Positions 1 to 8,040 are shown, counted from the first letter of the stretch. The stretch is 14,972 nucleotides of DNA from a virus (IMGVR_UViG_3300029656_000143:1-14972), one strand, 5' to 3'. Notes: a model not told the origin generated them from the sequence alone. Numbers and translations: made by a program.

Positions 1-336
1 ATGGCTTCTAAAAAATTTTACTCAGATGATGACATCCAGCTGGCAAAAGCTGCTTTATCAGAATTGCCGGACCTCACCGCTCAACGGAAAACATTGCGTG
101 ATTTTCTTGATGCCATTCGTGATGACATTATTGTCCTGGTAAGGACAAAGGGTTATACACTGGCAGATGTTCGTGACACGCTCAAAAATGCAGGGTATGA
201 AGTAGGAGAGAAGGCACTTCGTGACATTATTCGGGAAGCAGAATCGAAAAAACCATCCCGCCGTTCTTCCTCTAAAACAGCACCTAAAAAGACAGATTCA
301 GGCAGGAAAGATGGCATCGATATGAACAACAATTAA
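1..336 (+). CDS. hypothetical protein, 111 aa, with a basic Ser/Lys/Arg-rich C-terminal tail; possibly 5'-clipped by the window edge
   Basis: ORF begins with ATG at window position 1 and ends with TAA at 334-336. No family recognised. Composition suggests a small nucleic-acid-binding protein (inference only). Confidence 0.4.
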   Translation: MASKKFYSDDDIQLAKAALSELPDLTAQRKTLRDFLDAIRDDIIVLVRTKGYTLADVRDTLKNAGYEVGEKALRDIIREAESKKPSRRSSSKTAPKKTDSGRKDGIDMNNN

Positions 337-351
337 TGTGACAATGTCACA
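337..351. repeat. perfect 15-bp palindrome TGTGACAATGTCACA
   Basis: Read directly: 7-bp arms TGTGACA/TGTCACA around a central A, starting 1 nt after the stop of ORF 1-336, between convergent ORFs. Confidence 0.6.
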
Positions 352-421
352 TCGTGTTCTGAGATTATGATGATTACAGAAAAAAAAGCCCCGGCATAAA
401 TACCAGAGCTTTTCTGTTTAA

Positions 422-1270
422 TCAGACTCGTGGCGGCAATACACCAGGATAATGCCGTGCAATAATATCATTCAGTTTTTCAACAAGGTCAGAACGCTTA
501 AAGACAATGTGTACGGTCCCTTTCTGGTAGCCACGCACCGTAAAATATTCCCCTTCTAACAACTTACCGACATTGTCGCCGTTCCCGAGAAATTCACCAT
601 ACTGCGCCCCGATGCTGTTCCTGAAGTCAGGAACGTTGCGCCCGTCCAGCAGATAAAAAGGACGTACCAGGTCATCCAGTACCTCCCGTCCGCTGCAGTC
701 CAGCGTCACACGCCCGTTACTCCAGCGGTACAGCATGTTTTCAATAATGATTCTCTTGCCCAGACGGCAGGGATTATTGGTTCTGTAATCCCATGACAAT
801 TTCCGGTAGACATCAATCAGTCCCTGTTCAAATGTCTGCATCTTGCTGGCATTCAGATGGCGGAATGTTGCCAGCACATTGTCCAGGGTGATTTCAGGAC
901 AGGTGTCGCTCATCAGCTGGCTATTCCACTCATCACACTGGCATGAACTCATGAAGGTGTACATGCCCGTATCTGTCATCAGGCGGTCCCAGATTTTCCG
1001 GTCGGCAAGACGGGTGATATTCCTTTTCGCTTCTTCCGGTTTATCTATGCGACGAACGGAATCAGTCACGCAGTCTTCAAACCCGTAAAGAAAAATATCA
1101 CCTGACGCATCGAGCAGAATCTTGCGCGCTGTCGCCAGGCATTCCATCGCCTGCATGAACAGTGCAATACCTTCGTTACGCTGCGCGATGATGCGGTCGA
1201 TAGCCACAGACGGAATAACATCTGTCGTGCCGGCAGTATTCAGGTCAGCAGTGGGTAAAGTCTGATTCAT
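422..1270 (-). CDS. orphan hypothetical protein, 282 aa (283 aa if the GTG at 1273 is used); family not recognised
   Basis: Long uninterrupted minus-strand ORF. ATG (plus-strand CAT at 1268-1270) is preceded on the coding strand by GAGGAGA 8 nt upstream. Globular-looking composition. Possible resemblance to DUF4942-type island proteins is a weak recollection only. Confidence 0.65.
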   Translation of the reverse strand: MNQTLPTADLNTAGTTDVIPSVAIDRIIAQRNEGIALFMQAMECLATARKILLDASGDIFLYGFEDCVTDSVRRIDKPEEAKRNITRLADRKIWDRLMTDTGMYTFMSSCQCDEWNSQLMSDTCPEITLDNVLATFRHLNASKMQTFEQGLIDVYRKLSWDYRTNNPCRLGKRIIIENMLYRWSNGRVTLDCSGREVLDDLVRPFYLLDGRNVPDFRNSIGAQYGEFLGNGDNVGKLLEGEYFTVRGYQKGTVHIVFKRSDLVEKLNDIIARHYPGVLPPRV

Positions 1271-1745
1271 CACATTGTCTCCTCATCGTCACGACTGCCG
1301 GGTCAGCCAGGTCATTTCCCGGAGGAGCGAAGCTCCTTCTGCCGTCCGGGTCTTCGGGGATTTCCCCGCAGTGGACCTTTCCGACGGGGGACGCTCACCA
1401 CGTCACGGGGCAGTTGTCCGGGGGCAGACGCAAAAGTTTTTGACGCCTGCGGCAAAAAGTTTTGTGGCTGGTACATCTCTCCCCTGGACGACTGAAACGG
1501 GATGTGGTCGTGTATGTACCCCCGGAAAGTTCGTCTGCGGAGAACGGGCCGCAGTGCGGCGGCAGACAGGCAGAGACAGCTGCGCCATCAGGCGCAGTGG
1601 CCTTACACACCGTAAGGTGTGCAGGGAGCGCCGCATCCGGCGCGACTGAAGAAAAACGACGGCACAACAATGGCATGTGGTGGTCACTGGCACACCACTC
1701 CCGCACAGGTGAAAACAGAGAAAACCGCACGACATTTACAACCAA

Positions 1746-1835
1746 AAAAAGTGAAATTTCTTCACTTTTTCACACTTATTTATCGCGTTGATTTGGTGAT
1801 TATGATGATAAAATAAAGTGAAGTTTTTTCACTTT
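1746..1835 (+). promoter_or_regulatory. promoter region with two operator-like palindromes upstream of the HTH gene
   Basis: Palindrome 1 is AAAAAGTGAA-ATTTC-TTCACTTTTT at 1746-1770. Palindrome 2 is AAAGTGAA-GTTTT-TTCACTTT at 1815-1835. Between them are a -35-like TTGATT (1788-1793) and a -10-like TAAAAT (1809-1814). The SD AAAGGTG lies at 1839-1845 before the ATG at 1850. Hexamer assignment is approximate. Confidence 0.5.
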
Positions 1836-1849
1836 TTCAAAGGTGTTTT

Positions 1850-2101
1850 ATGACCGGCTGGGAACTGCGAATCTGGCGAAAAAGCATGCTCTGGTCACGC
1901 GAAAAAGCGGCCAGAGAATTTGGCGTGACGCAGAGAACATGGCACGCCTGGGAAAATGCGGAACAGGTGGATGTCACCGTCTGGAGGACCACCCAGGCAC
2001 TTTCAGTCCGTGACCTGCTGCCTCACATGCAGGGGATGCGTAAGGCAGATATCATCAGGCGACTGGAAAATGAACTGGGGGAAACGGCAGAGGATGTGTG
2101 A
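1850..2101 (+). CDS. small XRE-type helix-turn-helix DNA-binding protein, 83 aa (putative autoregulated regulator)
   Basis: The segment WSREKAAREFGVTQRTWHAWE matches the HTH pattern of Cro/CI-type regulators. Good SD, ATG start, TGA at 2099-2101. Operator-like palindromes lie immediately upstream. Confidence 0.65.
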   Translation: MTGWELRIWRKSMLWSREKAAREFGVTQRTWHAWENAEQVDVTVWRTTQALSVRDLLPHMQGMRKADIIRRLENELGETAEDV

Positions 2102-2131
2102 GCGTGATTCACAGCCTGGCTGAATGCCAGG

Positions 2132-2302
2132 CTACTGCTCATCAGGAAACAGCTTTTTCAGTTCTTCACCGGAAAGTCCGGTCGCCTCCTGAATCCGTTC
2201 CGGCGTCCAGCCCATATCCCGCAGCCGGCAGGCTATTTCCCGCGCCACTTCAAGAGCACCTTTTTCAAAACCTTTCTGTATAAGACGTTCTGCAATCGTC
2301 AT
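2132..2302 (-). CDS. possible small protein resembling the C-terminal repeat domain of Rpn/YhgA-family proteins (56 aa from the internal ATG; the ORF track extends it to 2398, into the IS end)
   Basis: MTIAERLIQKGFEKGALEVAREIACRLRDMGWTPERIQEATGLSGEELKKLF has the G..G....A......G...E.I...TGLS.EEL pattern I associate with Rpn/YhgA C-termini. AGGAG lies 13 nt upstream of the ATG. Could be a gene fragment or spurious. Confidence 0.3.
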   Translation of the reverse strand: MTIAERLIQKGFEKGALEVAREIACRLRDMGWTPERIQEATGLSGEELKKLFPDEQ

Positions 2303-2325
2303 GCTGTTTGCTCTGCTCCTGCTGG

Positions 2326-2352
2326 CAAAAAAGCCCGGGATTTTGCCGGGCT
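2326..2352 (-). terminator. intrinsic terminator-like hairpin (minus-strand sense)
   Basis: AGCCCGG (2332-2338) and CCGGGCT (2346-2352) form a 7-bp stem with a 7-nt loop. On the minus strand it is followed by TTTTTT (complement of the A-run 2326-2331). Confidence 0.5.
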
Positions 2353-2448
2353 TTGCGGTTCTCTGCGTATTACCGTGAAGGAGATCGGTGAGTAACATCG
2401 ATGGAGATCGGTTCGTGTCACTTTCACAGAACCGTTTTTAAATTACCT

Positions 2449-3198
2449 TCACTGATCTCCTTCGGTCAACGGAGATTGTATTTTCCGCATTGATTCTCCT
2501 TTAAGTTCGATCTTGATACTGCCATGAACCAGTCGATCTAGGATGGCATCCGCATGTGTGGAGTCTCCGATCATTTTGTACCAGTTTTCCACCGGCAACT
2601 GGCTCACTACGATGATTGAGCCTCGTTGGTACATCAGATCCACTATTTCCAGCAGGTCGCTACGCTGTTCTGATGAGAGAGGTTCCAGCCCCCAGTCATC
2701 CAGAAGCAGCAGATCGCTATTATTCAGCCTGGTCAAAAGTTTGCTGTATCTTCCATCAGCATGCCCCTGATAGCACTGTTCCATCAGCGCTTTAAGGCGA
2801 TAATAGTAGACCTTGTATCCCTGTCGGCAGGCATTATGACCAAGTGCACATGCCAGGAACGTTTTACCGCTGCCGGTGGCCCCGGTCAGTAAAATATTTT
2901 GTTTCAGGGTTAACCAGTTTCCCTGACTGAGTGAACGGATGAGGGCCCTGTCCAGCCCTCTATTGTTACGATAATCCAGCTTTGATAACTCAGCATTAAG
3001 TCTGAACCGTGCATGTTTGATCAGACGCTCTGCCTTCCTGTTTTCACGGCAGGTTAGTTCTTCTGCTGTCAGTAATGACAGGCGTTCTTCGAAGCCCAGC
3101 TCCTGGTATGTGCCCGGCTGAGCAAGTTGCTTTTTAAGCGCATCACGGAAGCCGGTGAGTTTAAGTGCGGTCAGTTGTTCGTAAAGATGATTCATCAT
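2449..3198 (-). CDS. istB: IS21-family transposition helper ATPase IstB, 249 aa
   Basis: Walker A GATGSGKT and Walker B LLLLDDWG in a DnaC-like AAA+ layout; lies immediately downstream of istA on the same strand. Confidence 0.9.
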   Translation of the reverse strand: MMNHLYEQLTALKLTGFRDALKKQLAQPGTYQELGFEERLSLLTAEELTCRENRKAERLIKHARFRLNAELSKLDYRNNRGLDRALIRSLSQGNWLTLKQNILLTGATGSGKTFLACALGHNACRQGYKVYYYRLKALMEQCYQGHADGRYSKLLTRLNNSDLLLLDDWGLEPLSSEQRSDLLEIVDLMYQRGSIIVVSQLPVENWYKMIGDSTHADAILDRLVHGSIKIELKGESMRKIQSPLTEGDQ

Positions 3199-3209
3199 TG
3201 GATCCCGTA

Positions 3210-4751
3210 TCAGTGGTAATACTCACTGCCGCGTACGTTTTCGTGTTCCATCGTGGATAACAGATCTGGTTTTGGATCCTGAACAGGTTGTTTATCCAGA
3301 CCTTTTTCCAGGATCGATTTAATACCTGACAGACGCCATACCTTTGTTTTCAGAGCTCTTGCACATGCTGCATTAAGTCTGGCTTTACTGTATTTTTTAT
3401 GAAGGTTCAGGAGTCCAAGGCAGAAGCGATAGCTTTGTTCCGGATGTGGACGAGAGTTCAGTATATGAAGCACATAACTATGAGTTTCACTGCCTATGTG
3501 CCCCGCCCATTCCAGAAGACGCTCTGGCGTCCAGGTGGCATGCTGTCGATGAGCTTCAGGCATGTGCTCGTTGCGGGTACTGTAGCCATAAGTACGCTTG
3601 CGCGGGTGCACAGCAACCTCCTGCCCCTGATTGAAGAGTCTTACCAGTTCTCCGGAGATCCATGCTTCCAGTTGCTGGCCTAACAGCGAACATGGAACCG
3701 AGTAGTAATGTTTGTCGATTTCCACGTGGTAATCGGCATGGACTCTGACTTTCTTCACCAGGGTGTAACTGTAACTGGCTTCAGGAAGAGGCTTCAGTGC
3801 GGGTTTATCAAGCTGGATGAAGAGTTCTGCACGTGAATAACCCAACTTCTGCATTATTTTGTTATTCAGTCTTTCCAGCAACTCCCGAATGCGCTGATTA
3901 AGCGATGCAAGGCTGTAGAAGATCTCATGCCTGATTCGGGCCATGATCCAGCGTTCAACAACCTGAACGCCAACTTCAGCTTTGGCTTTATCTTTCGGTT
4001 TACGTGGCCGCGCAGGCAAAACTGCGACATTATAATGCTCAAGCATCTGCTGGTAGGTAGGGTTAACGTCAGGATCATACTTACATGCCCTGGATGTGGC
4101 GCTTTTCAGATTGTCCGGAACAACAAGTTCAGGAACGCCACCCAACCACTGGAAGCAGCGAACATGACTCATCACCCAGTCTTCAAGCTGCTGAGACCAG
4201 GTGGCCTCTGCCCATGTGTAACTTGATGCCCCGAGAACAGCTACGATGACCTGAGCAGTTCTTATTTCTCCGGTCTCAGGGTCGGTAACGCCAACGGTAG
4301 GTCCACAGTAATCAACGAAAAGTTTTTCGCCAGCTTTATGTACCTGACGCATTGATGGTGAAGTGGTTTTGAGCCATTCACGGTACATCCGGCAGTAATG
4401 GTTATAGCTGTAAAAACCGCCTGGATTACGCTCACAGTATTCTTCCCAGAGTAGCTGCAGCGTCACGCATTTATTACGCAGTTCCCGGTGTACTGTAGCC
4501 CAGTCAGGCAGAGAGTGCTTCTTCATCTTAACCTGGGTCTGAAGGAACGCATGTTTTAGTTTTGTATCATCCCATCCTGTAGGTAAGGGCCACTGCTTTA
4601 TGCCAAGTTGAGCCGCCCGATTAGCATATCTGGATACAACGGAAGGGGAGATTGCAAGACTACGACCAATTTGTCGATGGCTGAGTCCAACACCGTATTT
4701 AAGCCTAAGAATTTCTTTAAGTTTTCTCATAGAAATTGGAACTGTTGGCAT
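3210..4751 (-). CDS. istA: IS21-family transposase IstA, 513 aa
   Basis: N-terminal HTH (LSHRQIGRSLAISPSVVSRY), central DDE-type integrase core, IS21-type C-terminal region; 11-bp gap to istB. Confidence 0.9.
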   Translation of the reverse strand: MPTVPISMRKLKEILRLKYGVGLSHRQIGRSLAISPSVVSRYANRAAQLGIKQWPLPTGWDDTKLKHAFLQTQVKMKKHSLPDWATVHRELRNKCVTLQLLWEEYCERNPGGFYSYNHYCRMYREWLKTTSPSMRQVHKAGEKLFVDYCGPTVGVTDPETGEIRTAQVIVAVLGASSYTWAEATWSQQLEDWVMSHVRCFQWLGGVPELVVPDNLKSATSRACKYDPDVNPTYQQMLEHYNVAVLPARPRKPKDKAKAEVGVQVVERWIMARIRHEIFYSLASLNQRIRELLERLNNKIMQKLGYSRAELFIQLDKPALKPLPEASYSYTLVKKVRVHADYHVEIDKHYYSVPCSLLGQQLEAWISGELVRLFNQGQEVAVHPRKRTYGYSTRNEHMPEAHRQHATWTPERLLEWAGHIGSETHSYVLHILNSRPHPEQSYRFCLGLLNLHKKYSKARLNAACARALKTKVWRLSGIKSILEKGLDKQPVQDPKPDLLSTMEHENVRGSEYYH

Positions 4752-4932
4752 AGGTATCCTTTACCGGAATGGCAAAAGATACAGATCAACACACCTGTGA
4801 AGTTCCAATAACATTGATGGAGATCACTGAATAACAAAATGAGTCAAAAGTGATCTCCATCGATGTTATTCAGCGATCTGTTCAAATGTTATTACCCGAT
4901 CTCGATGGAAGTTATTGAGTGATCTCCTTTCA

Positions 4933-6694
4933 TGAAAATACGCAAACGCTAATTGCCGTGGCGAACATGGCCGAAAGTTATAAACCCGCTCTTGCCGAAG
5001 GCTCAGGGCGTTCGCAGACCTGTCGCATGGTCATCATCGTCAGCAGTGTGGCCTCAGTGGAGCTGACCATTGACACCACAACGGTGATGGCGACGCAGGA
5101 TTACGTTGATGACAAAATTGCAGAGCACGAACAGTCACGACGTCACCCGGACGCCTCGCTGACCGCAAAAGGTTTTACTCAGTTAAGCAGTGCGACCAAC
5201 AGCATATCTGAAACACTGGCCGCAACGCCGAAAGCGGTTAAGGCCGCATATGACCTTGCTAACGGGAAATATACCGCACAGGACGCTACCACAGCGCGAA
5301 AAGGTCTTGTCCAGCTAAGCAGTGCGACCAACAGCACGTCTGAAACACTGGCCGCAACACCAAAAGCCGTTAAGACGGTAATGGATGAAACGAACAAGAA
5401 AGCGCCATTAAACAGCCCTGCACTGACCGGAACGCCAACGACGCCAACTGCGCGACAGGGAACGAATAATACTCAGATCGCAAACACGGCTTTCGTTATG
5501 GCCGCGATTGCCGCCCTTGTAGACTCGTCGCCTGACGCACTGAATACGCTGAACGAGCTGGCAGCGGCGCTGGGCAACGACCCGAATTTTGCTACCACTA
5601 TGACTAATGCGCTTGCGGGTAAGCAACCGAAAGATGCTACCCTGACGGCGCTGGCGGGGCTTGCTACTGCGGCAGACAGGTTTCCGTATTTTACGGGGAA
5701 TGATGTTGCCAGTCTGGCAACTCTGACAAAAGTCGGGCGGGATATTCTTGCGAAATCGACCGTTTCCGCCGTTATCGAATATCTCGGTTTACAGGAAACG
5801 GTAAACCGAGCCGGGAACGCCGTGCAAAAAAATGGCGATACCTTGTCCGGTGGACTTACTTTTGAAAACGACTCAATCCTTGCCTGGATTCGAAATACTG
5901 ACTGGGCGAAGATTGGATTTAAAAATGATGCCGATGGTGACACTGATTCATATATGTGGTTTGAAACAGGTGACAACGGCAATGAATACTTCAAATGGAG
6001 AAGTCGCCAGAGCACCACAACAAAAGACCTGATGAATCTTAAATGGGATGCTCTGTATGTTCTTGTTAAAGCCCTTTTCAGCAGTGAAGTAAAAATATCT
6101 ACAGTCAATGCACTGAGGATATTTAATTCATCTTTTGGTGCTATTTTTCGCCGTTCTGAAGAAAACCTGTATATCATCCCTACACGAGAAAATGAGGGTG
6201 AAAATGGAGATATTGGGCCATTAAGGCCATTCGGCATCAACTTAAGAACAGGAGTTGTGTCTGTTGGTAATGGTGCCAGGATTGATGGCGGGCTGGCACT
6301 TGGCACGAATAACGCGTTGGGTGGGAACTCTATTGTTCTTGGTGATAACGACACCGGATTTAAACAAAATGGCGATGGTAATCTGGATGTTTATGCTAAT
6401 AACGTCCATGTTATGCGCTTTGTTTCCGGAAGCATTCAAAGTAATAAGACCATAAATATTACGGGGCGTGTTAATCCCTCGGATTACGGTAACTTTGATT
6501 CCCGCTATGTGAGAGATATCAGACTTGGCACACGTGTTGTCCAGACCATGCAGAAAGGGGTGATGTATGAGAAAGCAGGGCACGTAATTACCGGGCTTGG
6601 TATTGTCGGTGAAGTCGATGGTGATGACCCCGCAGTATTCAGGCCAATACAAAAATACATCAATGGCACATGGTATAACGTCGCACAGGTGTAA
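4933..6694 (+). pseudogene. H: 5'-truncated P2-type tail fibre gene H; the first ~80-100 codons are missing, replaced by the IS end
   Basis: Product from TLIAVANMAESYKPALAEGSGR onward, ending GTWYNVAQV, matches my recollection of the P2 gpH tail fibre. The ORF-track reading frame (4919-6694) begins with a GTG inside the IS terminus. No upstream H segment is present left of the IS. Confidence 0.85.
5180..5374 (+). repeat. tandem 63-bp repeat units (period 132 bp) inside H
   Basis: 5180-5242 and 5312-5374 are near-identical (CAGTTAAGCAGTGCGACCAACAGCA... / CAGCTAAGCAGTGCGACCAACAGCA...), encoding QLSSATNS(I/T)SETLAATPKAVK twice. Confidence 0.7.
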
Positions 6695-6697
6695 TTT

Positions 6698-7225
6698 ATG
6701 CAGCATTTAAAAAATATTACTGCGGGTAATCCAAAAACTGTTGCCCAATATCAACTGACAAAAAATTTTGATGTTATCTGGTTATGGTCCGAAGAGGGAA
6801 AAAACTGGTATGAGGAAGTAAGTAATTTTCAGGAAGACACGATAAAGATTGTTTACGACGAGAATAATATAATTGTCGGCATCACCAGAGATGCTTCAAC
6901 GCTTAACCCTGAAGGTTTCAGCGTTGTCGAGGTTCCTGATATTACCTCCAACCGACGTGCTGATGACTCAGGTAAATGGATGTTTAAGGATGGTGCCGTG
7001 ATTAAGCGGATTTATACGGCAGATGAACAGGAGCAACAGGCAGAATCACAAAAGGCAGCTTTACTTTCCGAAGCTGAATCCGTGATTTTTCCGCTGGAAC
7101 GCGCTGTCAGGCTGAATATGGCGACGGATGAGGAACGCAGCCGACTGGAAGCATGGGAACGCTACAGCGTTCTGGTCAGTCGTGTGGATCCTGCAAATCC
7201 CGAATGGCCGGAAATGCCGCAATAA
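6698..7225 (+). CDS. G: tail fibre assembly protein (P2 gpG-type), 175 aa
   Basis: Starts 4 nt after the H stop with SD AGGTG. Sequence (MQHLKNI...[12 protein letters not shown]) matches my recollection of P2-type G/Tfa proteins and the conserved H-G order. Confidence 0.85.
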   Translation: MQHLKNITAGNPKTVAQYQLTKNFDVIWLWSEEGKNWYEEVSNFQEDTIKIVYDENNIIVGITRDASTLNPEGFSVVEVPDITSNRRADDSGKWMFKDGAVIKRIYTADEQEQQAESQKAALLSEAESVIFPLERAVRLNMATDEERSRLEAWERYSVLVSRVDPANPEWPEMPQ

Positions 7226-7446
7226 GTTGTATGATCTCTGGTGTGAGCTTACATATCTATAGCACAGAGTAAAGCCTAATCTGACAGACCGCTCTGTGTC
7301 TGGAGTAGATTTTAGTAAAGCATTATTTTATTAGTGCAAATTCTAATCAATACATTTTATGTATATGATATCCTGCGGACTTTAATGACTTGGTTTAGGC
7401 TAACCAGATAACACTGAAGGAATATTTTTGATAATTAAGGTGCGGT

Positions 7447-8040
7447 ATGTTTACTAAGCGACGATTAAAAAATATTAACTGGGAGGCAAGTTCAGTGATT
7501 CTTGCTATGGTTCTCTTTGTTGGAAATATATTTTACACAAATCACCGTGATGATATAAGCATGGAGGCTGAGAGGGACAGTATCAGAACAATGTTTGCAT
7601 ATGAAATCGCTAATAACCATCGCGCTCTCACTTTTCTTGATAAAACGAGACATATTGGCTTTGACGAAAATTCGGAGCATTTTGTTGGCGAGCCTTTTGC
7701 CATTAATGTCAAATCATTAGGAGGGCCTCGCTTACAGGTTGCATTAAACCAGACTGATAAAGTGTTTAAAGCCTACTTCAGTGAATTAAGTAAACTTGAT
7801 AAAGAGGATGTTACTCTTCTTATGGACTATTACAATGAGCAAAGCATCCTGCTGGAGTGTGTAAAATCTACGTTACAGAAGATGAAAAGCAATAATGATA
7901 TTAAAGTTGATATTGATGGTTACTTATTAGAAGAACACTTCATGAATGAGTTTAATCTTTCTAATATTTTGCTTAAACGCTATAGCCATTTGTTGTCACA
8001 ACACCTCAAAAAACCTGAAACAAAAGATTTACATAATTGA
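7447..8040 (+). CDS. AT-rich 197-aa membrane-anchored protein at the Z/fun lysogenic-conversion locus; candidate superinfection-exclusion / anti-phage protein
   Basis: Position between G and FI is where P2 carries Z/fun. SD AAGGTG 5 nt upstream. Visibly AT-rich codon usage compared with flanking tail genes. N-terminal KRRLK followed by the hydrophobic stretch SSVILAMVLFVGNIFY (signal-anchor-like). Flanked by 221-bp and 329-bp noncoding regions and a strong terminator. Confidence 0.7.
   Translation: MFTKRRLKNINWEASSVILAMVLFVGNIFYTNHRDDISMEAERDSIRTMFAYEIANNHRALTFLDKTRHIGFDENSEHFVGEPFAINVKSLGGPRLQVALNQTDKVFKAYFSELSKLDKEDVTLLMDYYNEQSILLECVKSTLQKMKSNNDIKVDIDGYLLEEHFMNEFNLSNILLKRYSHLLSQHLKKPETKDLHN

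Larger units (their letters stand above)
2376..4932 (-). mobile_element. IS21-family insertion sequence (istA + istB), about 2.56 kb; exact IS name not determinable without ISfinder
   Basis: Two-gene istA-istB organisation. Imperfect terminal inverted repeats TGAAGGAGATCGG (2376-) and TGAAAGGAGATCAC (complement of 4919-4932), both ending in the family-typical TG/CA. Reiterated ATCGATGGAGATC-type motifs at both ends (2396-2411, 2451-2460, 4811-4829, 4850-4865, 4917-4932). Boundaries uncertain by a few bp. Confidence 0.85.

Noticed and set aside
843-1088. 81-aa plus-strand ORF
   Set aside because: Lies antisense inside the 283-aa gene, with no RBS.
1275-1816. Five overlapping ORFs (65-124 aa) on both strands in the GC-rich spacer
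   Set aside because: They overlap one another, are Arg/Pro/Cys-rich as expected for random GC-rich DNA, and lack SD sequences. Treated as noncoding.
2098-2283. 61-aa plus-strand ORF with a GTG start
   Set aside because: Overlaps the minus-strand small ORF and has a Pro/Ser-rich low-complexity product. Likely spurious.
2543-4226. Short plus-strand ORFs (62-99 aa) and a 70-aa minus-strand ORF (3866-4078) inside istA/istB
   Set aside because: Antisense or out-of-frame within well-supported transposase genes.
4608-4811. 67-aa plus-strand ORF at the istA 5' end
   Set aside because: Antisense to the istA start region inside the IS; no support.
5179-6706. Minus-strand ORFs (72-293 aa) and a 66-aa plus-strand ORF (5832-6032) inside H
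   Set aside because: Antisense or out-of-frame within the tail fibre gene. The 5179-5397 ORF is an artefact of the tandem repeat.
7492-7680. 62-aa minus-strand ORF
   Set aside because: Lies antisense inside the 197-aa Z/fun-locus gene in AT-rich DNA, with no RBS.
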